Shown: positions 11,620-25,852 of the stretch, in pieces | Numbering within the stretch: position 1 is the first letter of the stretch | How the letters are laid out: every line of letters begins with the position of its first letter | Origin: Stegostoma tigrinum | Lineage: Eukaryota | NCBI RefSeq assembly: GCF_030684315.1 | Contig: NC_081359.1 | Coordinates: 79,090,804 to 79,154,803, forward strand | Direction of reading: 5' to 3' | DNA length: 64,000 nt | Notes under the pieces: generated by a model | Databases searched by the model: none | What the model was told of the DNA's origin: nothing | The model's input: the letters and a program-made list of their open reading frames with translations, nothing else | Translations under genes and position numbers: made by a program

Positions 11620-12985
11620 GAGAGTCATACAGCACAGAATCAGACTCTTCAGTCCAACTTCTCCATGCTGACCGAGTTTCTCAAACTAAACATAAGAACA
11701 TAAGAACTAGGAGCAGGAGTAGGCCATCCGGCCCCTCGAGCCTGCCCCACCATTTAATAAGATCATGGCTGCTCTTTTTGAGACTCATCTCCATTTACCC
11801 GCCCACTCACCATAACCCTTAATTCCGTTACTGTTCAAAAATTTGTCTAGCCTTGCCTTAAACACATTCAGTGAGGTAGCTTCAACCACTTCACTGGGCA
11901 GGGAATTCCACAGATTCACAACTCTTTGGGTGAAGAAGTCCCTCCTCACCTCAGTCCTACATCTGCTTCCCCTTATTTTCAGTGATGCACCCTAGTCCTA
12001 GTTTCAGCTGCTAGCGGAAACAGCCTCCCTGCCTCCACCTTATCTATTCCCTTCATAATCCTGTATGTTTCTATAAGATCTCCCCTCGTTCTTCTGAATT
12101 CCAATGAGTATAATCCCAGTCTACTCAGTCTCTCCTCAGAATTCAACCCTTTCAACTCTGGAACCAACTGAGTGAATCTCCTCTGCACCCCCTCCAGTGC
12201 TAGTATACTCCTTCTCAAATAAGGAGACCAAACCTGCACACAGTACTCCACGTGTAGCCTCGCCAGGACCCTATACAGCTGCAGCAGAGCCTCCCTGTTT
12301 TTAAACTCCATCCCTCTAGCAATAGCAGACAAAATTCCATTTGCCTTTTTAATTACCTGTTGCACCTGCAATCCTACTTTTAGCGATTTCATGCACAAGG
12401 ACATCCAAGTCTCTCTGCATAGCAGCATGCTGCAATTTTTTACCATTTAAAACATAGTCCATTTTGCTGTCATTCCTACCAAAATGGATGACCTCACACT
12501 TATCAACATTGTATTTCATCTGCCAGACCTTTGCCCACTCACTTTGACCAGCTATATCCCTCTGCAGACTTTCAGTGCCTTCTGCACACTTTGCTCTATG
12601 ACTCACCTTAGTGTCATCTGCAAATTTTGACACATCACACTTAGTCCCCAACTCCAAATCATCTGTGTAAATTGTAAACACTTGCAGTCCCAACACTGAT
12701 CCCTGAGGCACACCACTAGCCACTGACCGCCAACCAGGAAAACACCCATTTACCCCTACTCTTTGCTTTCTACTGGTCAACCAATAAACCAATAAACAAG
12801 TCCCATTTGGTTACAAAGTGTGGGGCTGGATGAACACAGCAGGCCAAGCAGCATCTTAGGAGCACAAAGGTTACATTTGGCCCACTTCCCGCTTAACCTT
12901 TCCTAGTCATGTACCTGTCCAAATGTCTTTTAAATGTTGTAACTGTATCTGCATCGACCACTTTCTCTGGCAGTTCATTCCATAC
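11620..12985 (-). mobile_element. Older CR1 3'-end fragment interrupted by the 11691-12785 CR1 and a Penelope fragment (~12812-12868)
   Basis: agtcatacagcacagaa...ccatgctgacc resumes after the insertion as agtcccatttg...tggcagttcattccatac. Confidence 0.6.
11691..12785 (-). mobile_element. CR1 LINE, 5'-truncated (RT C-terminus plus tail)
   Basis: SGVPQGSVLG..KFADDTK..; cataagaacataagaa tail at 11691. Highly similar to 29870-30970. Confidence 0.92.
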
Positions 12986-13489
12986 ATACACTTTATGCCC
13001 TTTCCAAGCTCATCTTATCCAAGAGAGCCACTTTCTGTTCTTTCAATTCTATTTTGTCAATTGTTAATCTCCCAATTTCCTTTTCAGGACCCCATGTCAG
13101 TCATTAATGATTGTCTCTCTTCCAATTTTGTCCCCCTTTCCTTTACATCTGCCAACATCATCCTTTTGCAGCATTTCCTGTTTCATTTCAGATTTTCAGA
13201 ACCTTTGCCTATAAAACATATCAAAAAAAAGCACCACACCAAAAATATTAAAGGATATGTGGCAAAAGTAGAAATATATCATTAGGTTAGAGACAATCCT
13301 TAGTTATGTCGAGTGGCAGATCAGATTTGAGGGGCTGTATACCTTTCTGTATACAGGGGAACATCAGTGCCTGGAAGATAGCTGATTGATGCTATCCTGC
13401 CTTAGAAATATAATTCCCATTCCTTCACTACCACTAGGTCAAAATCCTTAAATGTCTGACCTAACAGCACTTTAGGAGTATTGTTGCCA

Positions 13490-14705
13490 CACATTAGAAC
13501 TTAAGATGTATAAATAGGAGCAGGGGTAATCCAATGGCTCGTTGAACCTGATCATTTACCTTTACAACATTCTTCCCCAGTTTCTCCATGTCCACATTTA
13601 TCATGAATATGCTTAATGATTGAGCTTCCACAGCCGTGTGGGGTAGAGAACTCCAAAGATTCACCTGTCTTGGAGTGAAGGAATTCCTCCTTACATTCAT
13701 TTCAAAGGGCCTCGTGCTTATTCTGAGTCTGAATTCCAGTTATAGAATCACCAGACTCGCTTTCAGTCAAATCTTTTTGCTCTTTTCATTCTTAAACTAT
13801 TTAAAATGGTGCCAGACTGTCACAACAGTTGAAGCTTTTTAGTGTATCATTCACTGTAAAATGCAAGTGATAAAAATTCCTATCCACGAATAACTTTTGC
13901 AAATTTCTCTGATATTATTTCTCCTTCTTTGAATTGTTGAAGGAACGGGGTCTGCTTCTTCAATCTTCTTTTATAAGATAAACCTGTCTCCCCAGGGACT
14001 AGTCTACTGAATGTATGTTGCACTCCCTTTATTGCAAGTGCATCCTTCCTTTGATAAGGAATCCAAATATGTTCACAATCCACCAAAGGATCGTTTCATC
14101 AGAGCACTGCACAATTGCATCATTCCTTGTGTACTCAAATCCCTTGCAATGAGGACCAACATATTATTTCCTGCCTTAATCATTTGCTGCACCTGCATGC
14201 TAGCTTTTAGTGACTTATGAACAAAGACACACAGAACGCTTTGGACATCAACATACCTGAATCTCTCACTATTTAATAAATGTTCTGCCTGTGGAAGGCG
14301 GATAACTACACTTACAATATATTCCAACTGCGACATTTTCGTCTTTCAAATCATGTCCAGATCCTTTCAATTCCTACTTCAACCTCCTCATAACTCATAC
14401 TTACATCTAGTTTTGTTTAATTAGCCATTTTGGAAATGCTATATTTGGTTCCCATGTTTAAATCATTTACATAAATTGTAAGATCTGCAGTTCCATCACT
14501 AAGCCTTTGCAATAAGCGTAAGCCTTTAATTCCTTTTCTGTGTTCTCTATTAATCAATTTTCAATCAATATCAGTATATTACTCCCATGTGATCTAATTT
14601 TGCTTATGAACTTCCTATGTGGGACCTTACAAAAAGTCTTCTTAAAATCCAAATACATGGCACTGACATTAGTCCTTTATGATATCAGTAACTTCCTCAA
14701 AAAAT
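13490..14705 (-). mobile_element. Decayed CR1 RT/3' region with a short insertion at ~13760-13880
   Basis: RRNSFTPRQVNLWSSLP, KASMQVQQMIK and gggaccttacaaaaagtcttc remnants. Confidence 0.7.
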
Positions 14706-15030
14706 TCAAACAGGTTCAGTGTGGGTTCAGCATGGGACTAGGTGTCAGCGAGGTGGGCCCAGCGGTGAAGAGGTGGCAATTCCTACATTGATGGGCCCAG
14801 CAGAGACAATAATAAGGCTATAGAGGACGAATGGCACCACAGGTGTTGTTGACAAGGACTCAGGGGTTATAGCAGAGGCAGCGGAGTGAGGATGGGCTCT
14901 CTTTCAGTCAAATCTTTTTACTCTTTTTATTCTTAAACTATTCAAAATGGCGGCAGACTATTGCGACAGTTGAAGCTTTTCACTGTATTTTACTGTATAA
15001 TTCACTGTAAAATGCAAGTGAGAATGAATC
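13760..15030 (+). repeat. Two direct ~120-bp copies of an unclassified repeat (13760-13880 and 14901-15030)
   Basis: ctttcagtcaaatcttttt...ttcttaaactatt.aaaatgg...cagttgaagctttt...ttcactgtaaaatgcaagtga occurs at both sites. Confidence 0.8.
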
Positions 15031-15174
15031 CCTCAAATCTCCCTTCGTATCATACATGATTTCCCTTGAGATAACACGATGTGAAGCTGGATTTCCCTTG
15101 TGTTGGTACCACCCATGCTGAAGGATAGCAATATTTTCAAAGTGTCCAGTAAACACACATTTATAAGACATTTT

Positions 15175-15486
15175 TTAGATTCCCTACAGTGTGGAAACAG
15201 GCCCTTTGGCCCAACAAGTCCACACCGCCCCTTGGAGCATCCCACCCAGACCCATCCCCCTATAACCCACACATCTCTGAACACTACGGGCAATTTAACA
15301 TGGCCTATCCACCTAGCCTGCACATCTTTGGACCGTGGGAGGATACCAGAGCACCCGAAGGAAACCCACGCAGGCACGGGGAGAATGTGCAAATTCCGCA
15401 CAGACAGTTGCCCGAGGCTGGAATTGAACTCAGATCCCTGGTGTTGTGAGGCTGCAGTGCTAACCACTGAGCCACCGTGTTGCCCT
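15175..15486 (-). mobile_element. tRNA-derived SINE, HE1/V-SINE-like
   Basis: Minus strand has A box tggctcagtgg, B box gagttcaattcc, core tttgcacattctccccgtg..tgcgtgggtttc and a CR1-like tail. Confidence 0.88.
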
Positions 15487-15499
15487 AACATTTTCCCTA

Positions 15500-16160
15500 T
15501 TAGTGATGTCAAGTTAACAGGGAACTCAAATGGAACTTTGGCCTTTATTTCAAACAGAGTGGAGTTTAGGAAGGTTTTGCAAAAGCTCTATGAGACACTA
15601 GTCAGACTACAGCTGGAATACTGCAAACAGTTTTGTGCCCCTTATTTCAGGGAAAATATACTGGCAAAGGAGGAAATTCAGAAGAAGGTTCATTAGATTG
15701 ACATCAGCTATGGAGGGACTACCATATGAGGATAGGCTGAGTAGATTGGGCCTATATAATTTGGAAAATAGAGGTTTAAATTTAAAATTTATAAGATTCT
15801 CAGGGATTGGACAGATTAGATGTGGAAAGGTTGTTTGTGGGAGTGTCTAGGGCCACAGGGCATAATCTCAGAATAAGGCATTACACATTTAAGATAAAGA
15901 TGTGGAAGAAATCTTTCTGTTAGAGGGTTGTGAATTTGTGGAATTCTTTATGACAGAGGGCTGCAGAGGTTGGGTCATTAGTGTATTCAAGGCTGCCATA
16001 GACAGATTTGTAATTGGCAAGCAAATTGAGAGTTATAGGGGAAAAGGCAGGAAAGTGGATTTGAGGATTATCAGATCAGCCATGATCTCATTGAATGGCA
16101 GAGCAGACTTGGCGGGTTAAATAGCCTATTTCTACTCCTACATCTTCTAATCTTATGTGG
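15500..16160 (+). mobile_element. CR1 3' fragment
   Basis: LYETLVRLQLEYCKQF, YEDRLSRLGLY; 3' UTR gatcagccatgatc...tcttatg. Confidence 0.8.
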
Positions 16161-16242
16161 TTTATCTGGTTCAGGAGTTTGATCAACCTTCAATCCAATA
16201 AGTTTTGAATTCTATCACTTTATTAATACTAATTTATTTTAG

Positions 16243-16560
16243 ATCATAGAATCCCTACAGTGTGGAAAGAGGCCCTTCAGCCCATCAAGTCCACACCAAA
16301 CCTCACAGCATCCCACCCAGACCCATCACCCATAACCCACCTAACCTGCACATCCCTGAACACTACGGGCAATTTATCATGGCTAATCCACCTGACCTGC
16401 ACATATTTGGATTGTGGGAGAAAACCAGAACATCTGAAGGAAACCCTTGCAGATACAGGGAGAATGTGCAAACTCTACACAGACAGTTGCCCGAGGGTAG
16501 AATTGAACCTGGGTCCCTGGTGCTGTGAAGTGGCAGCGCTAACCACTGAGCCATTGTACC
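16243..16560 (-). mobile_element. HE1/V-SINE-like SINE
   Basis: Same A/B boxes and core as 15175-15486. Confidence 0.88.
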
Positions 16561-16564
16561 GCTT

Positions 16565-18075
16565 CATTTTCACAAGACACTTGTTGGGGCTGGGGGCGTG
16601 TGGTTTCTGTACCTTTCCTGTGACAACAGACACAAAGAAGTTGTTTCACTTCTCTTTCATTTCCTTACTCATTATAATTTTTCCTGTTTTCACCTATAAT
16701 GGACTAATCTTTGTCCTTCCAAACTTTCCTTTTATATACCTAAAGCAGTTTTTGCAGTCTGCCGTATGTTACATTCTAGCTTACGTTCATATTCTCTTTA
16801 CCATTTCTTTATAAGTTTCTTGATCATCCTTTGCTGGGTTCCAAATTGTAGCCAATCGTCAGGCTTACCAATTCTGCGACAAATTTATAAGCGACAACCT
16901 TGGACCTACTCTAACTTGTATTTCCAATTATGATTGATTCTCCTCACATGTCAGGATTTCATATCTTGGGGAAAATGTATTTTTTTTGTAGACCTAAAAT
17001 ACTTCCTTAAATTTTAGCCATAGCCTACCTTTCAATGTATTTTCCCAATCAACCATAGTCAACTCACCCCTCATATATTCATAGTTTGCTTTGTTCAGAT
17101 TTAGAATCCTAGTTTCATAAAGAACAATATCATTTTCAAACTTAAGGATCACTAGTTCATAATGGCTCCTTTCCAGCAAAGTTGATAAGCCCTTTCTTAT
17201 CAAATAATGCTCCGTCTAAAAAATCTTGATCTCTAATTAGCTCTTTAACATACTGCTGAGAAATCCATAAATACTGCAAGAATTCCTTTTTCCAGCATTG
17301 GAATTAATCAGGTTTAGCCTGTTTATATGTATATTCATGTTGCACCTTATTACTGTGTTCCCCATGTTGCATGCAGCTTTAATTTCCTTACTTATATATG
17401 CACAAGAATGCCATTCCACTTTCATGGCCTATAAACAGCCCATGTAAAGTTATATTACTCCATCTTGTTTCTTACCAACACAGAAACTGATTGATGGATC
17501 AAGATGTCCAATCTAAAATTCGCTCACTATGTACCAAGGGTCTCCTTTATTAATAATACCACTCCACCACTTTTACCTCTCTGCCACTTGTTCCTAAATG
17601 ACAAACATCCTGGAATATTCAGTTCCCACTTTGAGTCACCTTGTAAAGACATCTCAAAAATGGCGATTAAATTGTACATATTTACTTCTATTTGCACCCT
17701 CAAATCATTTACATCATTATGGATGTTGCACGTATTCCAATGATGTTCTCTGAACTTTTGACTTTTTAAACTTTATTCAACATTCTGCACCTATTTGATG
17801 CTGAACTTCATTTTATCTGTCTTCCTATTTCACTTACTACTTTTCTACAAATGATTTTGCTTTCTCCCAAATTGAACTCCCTCTCAGGTTCCCAATCCCA
17901 GTCTAGTTTAAACTCACCCAAACAGCAATAGCAAATCTCACTGCAAGGGCATTAGTCCTTGTCCTGTTAAGATCCATCTCATCTTGCTTGTAGGAGTCCC
18001 CCAGGTTAGAATGCCTCAGAGCTGTCCTGAAAGCCTCAGAAATCTGATAGCCTCTCTCCTGCTCTAATTGTCCTG
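16565..18075 (-). mobile_element. Highly decayed CR1 endonuclease/linker region
   Basis: ILNLNKANYE.MRGEL..VDW remnant; cctggaatattcagttccca (WELNIPG). Confidence 0.6.
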
Positions 18076-18079
18076 CCAC

Positions 18080-18433
18080 ATAGAATCCCTACAACCTGGA
18101 AGGAGATCATTCAGCTCATTGAGTCTGCACCGACCTTTGAAGACCATCCAACCTAGACCCAGCCCCTCACCCCCATCCCCATAGCCCCACATTTACCATG
18201 ACTAATCCACCTAACCTATATCTCTCTGGACATTACAGTGCAATTTAGCATGATCAATCCACCTTACCTGTACATCTTCGGACCGTGGGAGGAAACTGGA
18301 ACACTTGGCAGAAACCCACAAACATAGGGAGAACATGCAAACTCCACATAGACAGTTGCCCAAGGCTGCAATTGAACCCAAGCTCCTGGTGCTGTGAGGC
18401 AGTATTGCTAACCACTGAGCCACTATGCCACCC
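18080..18433 (-). mobile_element. HE1/V-SINE-like SINE
   Basis: tggctcagtggttagc, gggttcaattgc and V-type core on the minus strand. Confidence 0.85.
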
Positions 18434-21400
18434 TAATGTTTGATCACTCAATCCTCCTATTCCTATCCGTTTTCCTATGCTTACTAGTATGTGGCCCTAG
18501 GCGTACATTACTACTCTAAAGATCCAGGGTTTTAAACTTTTTTTCTTAACTCCCTAAAATCTGCTTTCAGAGCTCACCCCTTTTCTATCTATGTCATTGA
18601 TGCAAAAATGGATCATGGTCTCTGGCTTATTCATCTTCCCTCCTCTCCATCACCCGATCTGGGGGGGCAATAGACTGCAGCTTAACAATATCTTAACAGT
18701 AAATTCAGATGAGCAGTAATGTTGGCCTTTTTAATAAAGCCAGATCATGTGAATGAAGAAAAAAGATCTGCAATTGCTGCTATGAGCAACTTTTTGAGTT
18801 AGTTAGAAATATAAAGTAAATGCCTGCAAGTTCAATTTCTATTTAGATGAATTGGAACTCCAAATGGCTCGTAAGATCGAGGTCTGATATGAGTCAGAAA
18901 CATAATAGGTCTTATATTGTTCTATCCCAAAAGAGTTCAAGTATTGATTGTTACAAGGTAAAATCCATATATTTCAGCCAGGCAATGATAATTTCCAAAA
19001 CGCAACCAACCAAATGTTGGGTAACTATATATTTTCTGAGTTGGAACCTTACAGCACCTATACATTTACTTCCCATACAGTAACTTTAAAATTTTGTAAC
19101 TGTAATTGGAAAAACCCTGTCTTGTTCCAGTAGCATTAAAAATGGATGAAAATCATATTATAATTGAATGCTGCTTTTGTTTGGGCTCAAACAAGGAAAG
19201 CTGGAGAAATTCTTTTCCGTTCTGAATGGAGTTAAAAATGGAGCAGCCAGAAAACTCTCTCACAGCCAGTACATAATCTGAAGATCTGACTGAGAATCTA
19301 AATACAAAAATCACTGCCTAGATATTTATCTGAAACTAAAGCTATTTAAATCATTATGTTAAAGTATAAGTGAAGTTTGCACTTAGCAAAGTGTGAATGG
19401 AAAAAATAAAATTCAGACTCAGCACGCTTCCCCCCCCGCTCAATGTGTCTTAAATTGTATCTCAAGATCAAGTAATTATTCATTTTCTCCTCAAAATGAT
19501 TGCTCTGTCTTCCTTGTATGAGGCTACAGGCAGAATTTTTCTGAGAAATCATGCCACCAGTCAGCCCTCACGCACACAGTGGGTGGATATTCAGAAAAAA
19601 AAACATTGATGTGTCATGCATGGTCCCCTGAGACATGATCTGTGCCATTCAAAGATTCAGTTCTCAAAGAAATTTAACTTATTCCTTCCCTGCATGAAGC
19701 CCCATACAGGATGATCTGTGAGCCATCCATTGCTGCGACGTCACTTTCAGTAATAATTTGCTGCTTTAAATAACCACTTTATAGCCAGGTGGGAACACTA
19801 CGCTTAATTGCAGATCATACAGATGAAAATATTCTTAACGCTGCTGTGCCTCCCTACACCACTCGAACTAGTAAACCTCTGTTTGTGCAAAGTCAGATGT
19901 AGCACAAAGCCTTGTTCAACACAAAAGTGATAGGAAGCTGCACTGTTCAGCATCAGGTGCACATTGGGAAAATATTCCAATTTGTTAGGAGTGCTAACAC
20001 TGAAATTAGCATAACACATTGAATTCAAATGGATTACAAGACTCTTTATTTAAATTAAGTAATAAACAGCTTAATAAAGTGGCAAAAACAGCAGATATAC
20101 ATCAAAGCTCTCTTTATCATTGGACAATAATTATGCGAAATCTTTACACAAAGGGGAGATTAAGCATGTTAAAAAACAGAAAGCCAGCAAAATTCATTTT
20201 TAACACTTTCTTCAAATGTGTCATAAATCCTCCCACAAAATGTCCTATTAACTAATGGACTTAATTCCTTTGTAGACTTGAAAATAGACGCAGTACATCT
20301 GCAATAGATGATTTGTTTGGGATTTTAATAATATTATGAAGCAGAACTAGAAAAACACCTTTCCTCTGCTTTTCTAGCAATGGCTCTGGAATAAACCAAC
20401 AATTTCTAACGACAAATGTCTCTATGATTAGTTCAAGATATTTTGTCATAATCCTCAAAGGGTTACTTTCTGCTTTCTTCATCGTCCATTCAGGGAGTAT
20501 CATTAAAAATGACTTTGTACAGATGCGTCATTACTTTTGTATGTTGTTTTTATTTATTGTAAGTCAACTGACAGGTCAGAGAATTAGCAAAAATAATGTA
20601 GATTAAATTTCAGCATTTATAGATAAGCATATGTCCATAATTAAGCTGGTTAAATACATAGGGCAGGGGTTTCAGCTACTGGGGTGCGTAGCTAAAGTCA
20701 GGACATTTCCTGGCTCACCAGACCGGCCGGTTTAAAAGGGCCCTGATACACTAATTTTGCCCAGCGGGGCCAGATGTCGAATGGAGTCGGGCCTGCCGAC
20801 TGCAGAGAATCGGCGGCCAAGATGGTAGTTGCGTGCCGAGCTGAGCTAGTGAGAAGGTTCATCTTGGTTTCTGGGACCACTTCCATTGTACTAGAAGATT
20901 TCAGGCCATCTACCCCTCATGATCCCACCCAGTCCCCATGGCCCCTTATATTTCCATTCCGACTTCTGCCCAAGCTTGAGCCCTTATGGTCTCCATGACA
21001 TCTCAATTCTAATGCACGCCTCCAAGCCTCTATTATTGGCTCTTTAATGATCTGTCTGATTGACACTGTATAGGGTTGTATGGACAACATTTGTTTTTTA
21101 AGGAAACAGATTTGCAAACAGATGATTTTTTTTGTCTCAGTAGTTCCACACTTGCCATTGATATTATATCACCGATTACATAAATATTGCAGATACTGTT
21201 TAAATAAAATGGAACGGGTACAAGCCAATTTGAGTTAGGAAGGATGCTATTAGGAGCTATGCTATTGTCTGGAGGGCAAGCGTGGGTACTGTGTTGAAAT
21301 GGACACAGCACTGAAAGGCATGAGTTAGACCTTTTGAATTTACCTTCCAAAATGTTCTCAAAACCAGACTACGGTTCATGGCTCTTCTGAGGGACCATGA

Positions 21401-22436
21401 ATCACAAGGCACAGGGAAGCCTGCACACTTCCATTAAAATTGCAGAGGACTTCCTACCCTCACAATGGAGTCAGCCAGGTCAGGATTGCAGTATGAGGGC
21501 ACATGACCCACACCATTGGATAGTGGGGGCAATGAAAATGAAGGCAGGAATTCTAGAATTGGGTCCCAGGCACATTATTAAATTGCTTCAGAGTTGTTCC
21601 ATCTCTGCATAAATCTGGGCCACAGTAAAAAATTTCTAAATAAGGCACTATATGTTTCTTGCATCAATAATAAAACACTGTGTCATTGAAAATGAAAAGA
21701 TACACAAAAATCAAAAACTTCATAAATGTTAAACCATGATTAACTCTACATAAAGAGATTCACATTAATTTTTGACTACTTAAATACATGCCTCCTGAAA
21801 ATACCATAAGTGCAAACAGAAAGTGCTTATCATAGGCAGTTTGCCAACAGCTTCCAAATGTGAAACATTGTCTATTTGAAATCCCAGTCAAACACATTTG
21901 TGTGCAATTCCTACCATTAATCTGTTGTATAGACTTTTCCAACCAGTGGGCAAAAATGAGTTCAAAGGTAAAAGGTGGGGAGCAGCTTTGAGAAAAGAAG
22001 AACCAGCCTCTAAACAGATTTAAATACACTTTGTATTGCAGAATCTTTAAAGGATGCTCAATGGAAGTCTCTGAATAAAATGATACTCGAAGTCAATTCC
22101 ATTTGTGATAATTTAATGCAATGAAAAAGCCTATTTAGGTAAACAAAATAACTAAGCTATTAAAATGCTGACTGCCCTGAGGATTTTATTTATAGTTAAC
22201 ACTGTTTCATTTCTTTTTATTTTGTGTTTGGTATACATGCATTTATAAAAATATTCATTTCAATTTGTAGCTAGCCACAATTATAAAGTATGAGAAATTA
22301 CTATAATGAAGTATATATTAAACATGTTGACATTTTTATTAAATAAATGTAAGTAAACCCAAAGCCTGCACTTAACCCATATTGTTAATAGCACTTAACA
22401 ATGTAAATAAATGAAAAGTCAAACAAATCTACTTAC

Positions 22437-22593
22437 TGTGCTTTTGAACTACTTTGGGCACAAGGTTGCCATCCCCATAGAATTCTAGGAATAGGGATGC
22501 CATAGGCAGTGCATGACAGAATCTGTTTGCTGCCCAATGAGAAGAGATCAAAGTTCTGATTGGACACTGCCTTTTCACATATATGTGGTTTTA
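22437..22593 (-). CDS. FLT1: FLT1 exon 10 equivalent (Ig domain 5 start), 157 bp
   Basis: ttttgcag|TA...GCACA|gtaagt. VKPHICEKAVSNQNFDLFSLGSKQILSCTAYGIPIPRILWGWQPCAQSSSKA. Confidence 0.94.
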
Positions 22594-22841
22594 CTGCAAA
22601 AACAAATTAATTAGAAAACTAAAAGCCAAATAAAAAAATGAAATAAAAAAAGACACAATTCATCTCTTTACACACTAAGGCCTTATTCACATATTCAAAG
22701 GCTAACTGAAGACAGTACCATCCTTGCAGTGTGATATATTCATGCTTCTCCTGTTTGTCTAATCACAATTCAGTTTTATGTATGAGAGAAAAATAGAACT
22801 TTTCACAGTTATCTGTGAAGATGCAATCTCAAGAAAAAAAA

Positions 22842-23732
22842 TGCTGCCCTACAAAAAGTGTTTGAACAATCCTTAGAAGAGATATTACAGCATTAAAACA
22901 AATGAATGGTTGTACGAACAACAAGTGTGTGACCTATGTCCCAATTAGTTCAGCTTTTTGTGGTGAATTGTCCACTCTTGGTGAAGATCGGATCTCCTCA
23001 ACCAACGATTTTGCAAGTTCTCCATTCATAATAAAAATGTTTATCTTCTGATTTTAGCATTGTCACAAGTTTGTTAAGATTGTTAAATTGCTGGAAGAAA
23101 AGCAAAAGTATGTGATGCATACTTTTAGACTGTGTTCAGGCTCCGTCCATAGTGGTTGCTGGATTCAGTTCTGCACTTCTGTGGTACCCACTTGAGCAGC
23201 TGAACATTTTTTTTGTTTCAAAGCAGAATCTCACAGTTTTAGCAAAGTTACAAATAGCAAGGTCCTGCTGTTATGTTGCAGGTGTCTGAACAGCAGACTG
23301 CACTCACATGCCCCTGCTGAACCTTAAAAAGCTTTTACGGTTGATTTTTCTGTTTTGTTTGTCCTTTTTCCTCAAGGAATCATGGGCTTCGCCATGGATC
23401 TTCTTTGCTTTCTCTGGGCAGGATTTATTGTCTACATTGCTTCTCTTCCTGTACTTGTTGATAATGAAGTTCACAGACGACTTTGGTATCCCAGTCCTTC
23501 TGGATATTTCGTTTGCAGACTTTTTACACAAGTGATAGTCAATAATGATAGCTTTTTGAAACTCTGAGAGTTGCTTCAGTTTTTCCATTCTGGGTAAAGC
23601 TGAGGCACCTAGGATGCAAGAATGTGTTTTTTTTTAGCGTCCACAGTTGCTCTAGAACATTCCCTACAATGGCATTATGTCACTGGCTGCTAACTATAAA
23701 GGGATTGTCCAAATACATTTTGTAGGGCAGTA
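22842..23732 (-). mobile_element. Internally deleted Tc1/mariner DNA transposon (~890 bp)
   Basis: ~32-bp TIRs tgctgccctacaaaaagtgtttgaacaatcc (22842) and ggattgtccaaatacattttgtagggcagta (ends 23732, followed by TA). ORF 23304..23588 is a paired-like HTH: KQLSEFQKAIII...EISRRTGIPKSSVNFIINKYR. Confidence 0.88.
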
Positions 23733-24934
23733 TATAATATTACACTTAAAACATGGAATATTATACTAAGATTTAAATTCAAAATATTGTTTTTAATACA
23801 TGACTGTGGTAAACTGGTATTTACCAAGTAGTTTGCTAATATCTGAAAAGATTTAAGAACTTTGTGCTCCTGATCTCTCTCAGAATTCTGCTTACTTGTG
23901 TTTTTGTTGCTATTTTGAATTTTGCCTGACTAGAGTAATAACGTCATGCAGTGAAACCTGAAACAGCAACCATCCATGCTTTCCTAAACAACTCCATGTT
24001 CATAGTTTGTCTTCTCATACAGTTAAGAAACTGCTCTTCTGGTACAATATACTCAACAATCGCCTGTCCCTTTGTCAACAAATGGGTGTTATGTTCACAC
24101 TTGTTCTCTGATCCATCTTTTTCCATGCTTTTCAGTTACTTTTATTCTATAATCCACATCAAAAGACTAGTATCATTGGGAACTTGAGTGCACGTTTTTG
24201 AAAGGATATATAGTCAGCACTATCTGCCAAGTTGGATTCCCATGAAAACCAGTGACGAAGCTTCAAATACATGGTGACAATTACGTCTCATGCCATCACT
24301 ATTAATGGTTTTCGACAATGAAAGTAAACGGACATTTTACTGCTCTCGAAGTTTTGTAATCATTTTATTGACAGGCAGTCATTGCTCATAGATGGTTGCT
24401 GATGCTGATTTCACTGTATGAAGCAAAGTTATCAGCTAGTCTACACTGATTTTCTTTTATATGCAGTAAGTTTCAAAGATGCTAGTATTGACATGCTAAA
24501 TCTGAATTGCTTAAGAAAACAATTCTATATGCTGCGGATCACTAAAAGCAACTAACCACATGCCACACCAATTTTTACAAAATACCATTCTTAACTTTAA
24601 CTTTGTTTTTTAAAACCCCTTATATTAGTTGTTTATTTATGATTATGACAAGTGTTGTGAAATTCCACTCCACACTCAGAACACATAAAATACAAGTGTA
24701 GACTGGGGAATCATGCCCCTGTTTCAGAAGGACCTGAATTTTCCAGGAACTAGATTTAGTCACTGGAAAATCAGGAGTTCTACAGATTGAGCATGGATGT
24801 CAGAACACCTATTTCTCTGGTGTGTTGTCTCATTAAATGAGAATTATTGCCAGAAATAGATGCTTACAAAATTTTTCATACTAAACTATAATGAAATAAG
24901 TATAATTAATTCATATAATTATTAATTAACAGTG

Positions 24935-25682
24935 AAACAACTGGATCATCACCGTGCAACTTAGATTCTCTCTAGAAAATGTGAGAGTAGGAATTAAATA
25001 AAGATTGCTATGGTCCCATTTTGATGGGATATTCAAGGAGTTATGGCACCATGGAATCATACTTTACAAAAATCACTGCCTTAACAAGGACCCAGGAAAT
25101 GGGGTCCATCAAATACTCAATTCCAAAGCCATTTGCAAAATTGCTTTAATTGACCAGATGGTGATTAACTTAGTATTGGAATTGGGTGTATTGATCCGGA
25201 AGGTGGCTGGCACATTGTACGTTCCTTATACGGGTTCTTCCAGGATGCAGAAAGAAAATGTCCTTCATCCGGCAGTGACACTTGGATAGACAGAATCTGG
25301 AAGATGGCACTGGCATCTAGCACAAAAGAATGGGTATGCATACATCTAGAGTTCAATGGTTATCATGCTTGGATACTGAACCTCAACATCTCTGCCCATT
25401 TCAGCACTAATTAGTACGATGGTTCTATCTATACAACTAGCAAAAGCCTACCAGTATGCCATATGAGAAAAACTGAAATTACCTGCATAAATTTCTCAAT
25501 AGCTTTGTTTGGACACATATTTTGGACACAGTGCTGGAGCCCCAAGGTAGGACTTCTGCACAATCCAGTTTCAATCTTGGAATCCCCTGCACCATCCCTG
25601 AGCTTGCCTGGCCTAAATTGAAAGGAATATCCCCACTTCTGGGTCAGGAGATGTCCACAGTCTGCATTCCTAGCCTAGCAGC
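24935..25682 (-). mobile_element. Decayed L2/CR1-group LINE fragment running into the gap
   Basis: Weak antisense resemblance to the 61170-61990 LINE region. Confidence 0.4.
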
Positions 25683-25852
25683 NNNNNNNNNNNNNNNNNN
25701 NNNNNNNNNNNNNNNNNNNNNNNNNNNNNNNNNNNNNNNNNNNNNNNNNNNNNNNNNNNNNNNNNNNNNNNNNNNNNNNNNNNNNNNNNNNNNNNNNNNN
25801 NNNNNNNNNNNNNNNNNNNNNNNNNNNNNNNNNNNNNNNNNNNNNNNNNNNN
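25683..25852. other. Assembly gap, 170 N
   Basis: Run of n characters. Confidence 1.

Noticed and set aside
19520-21625. GC-richer patches (19520-19800, 20660-21000, 21360-21620; similar at 27720-27870, 58590-58890, 59530-59880) as CpG islands or exons
   Set aside because: No splice-bounded FLT1 frames or convincing terminal repeats. They are probably decayed lineage-specific repeats that I cannot classify.
22330-22437. Immediate stop on read-through of the exon 10 donor (CA|G TAA) as a soluble isoform
   Set aside because: Any phase-2 gtaagt donor gives this stop, and downstream AATAAA hits are expected in such AT-rich DNA.
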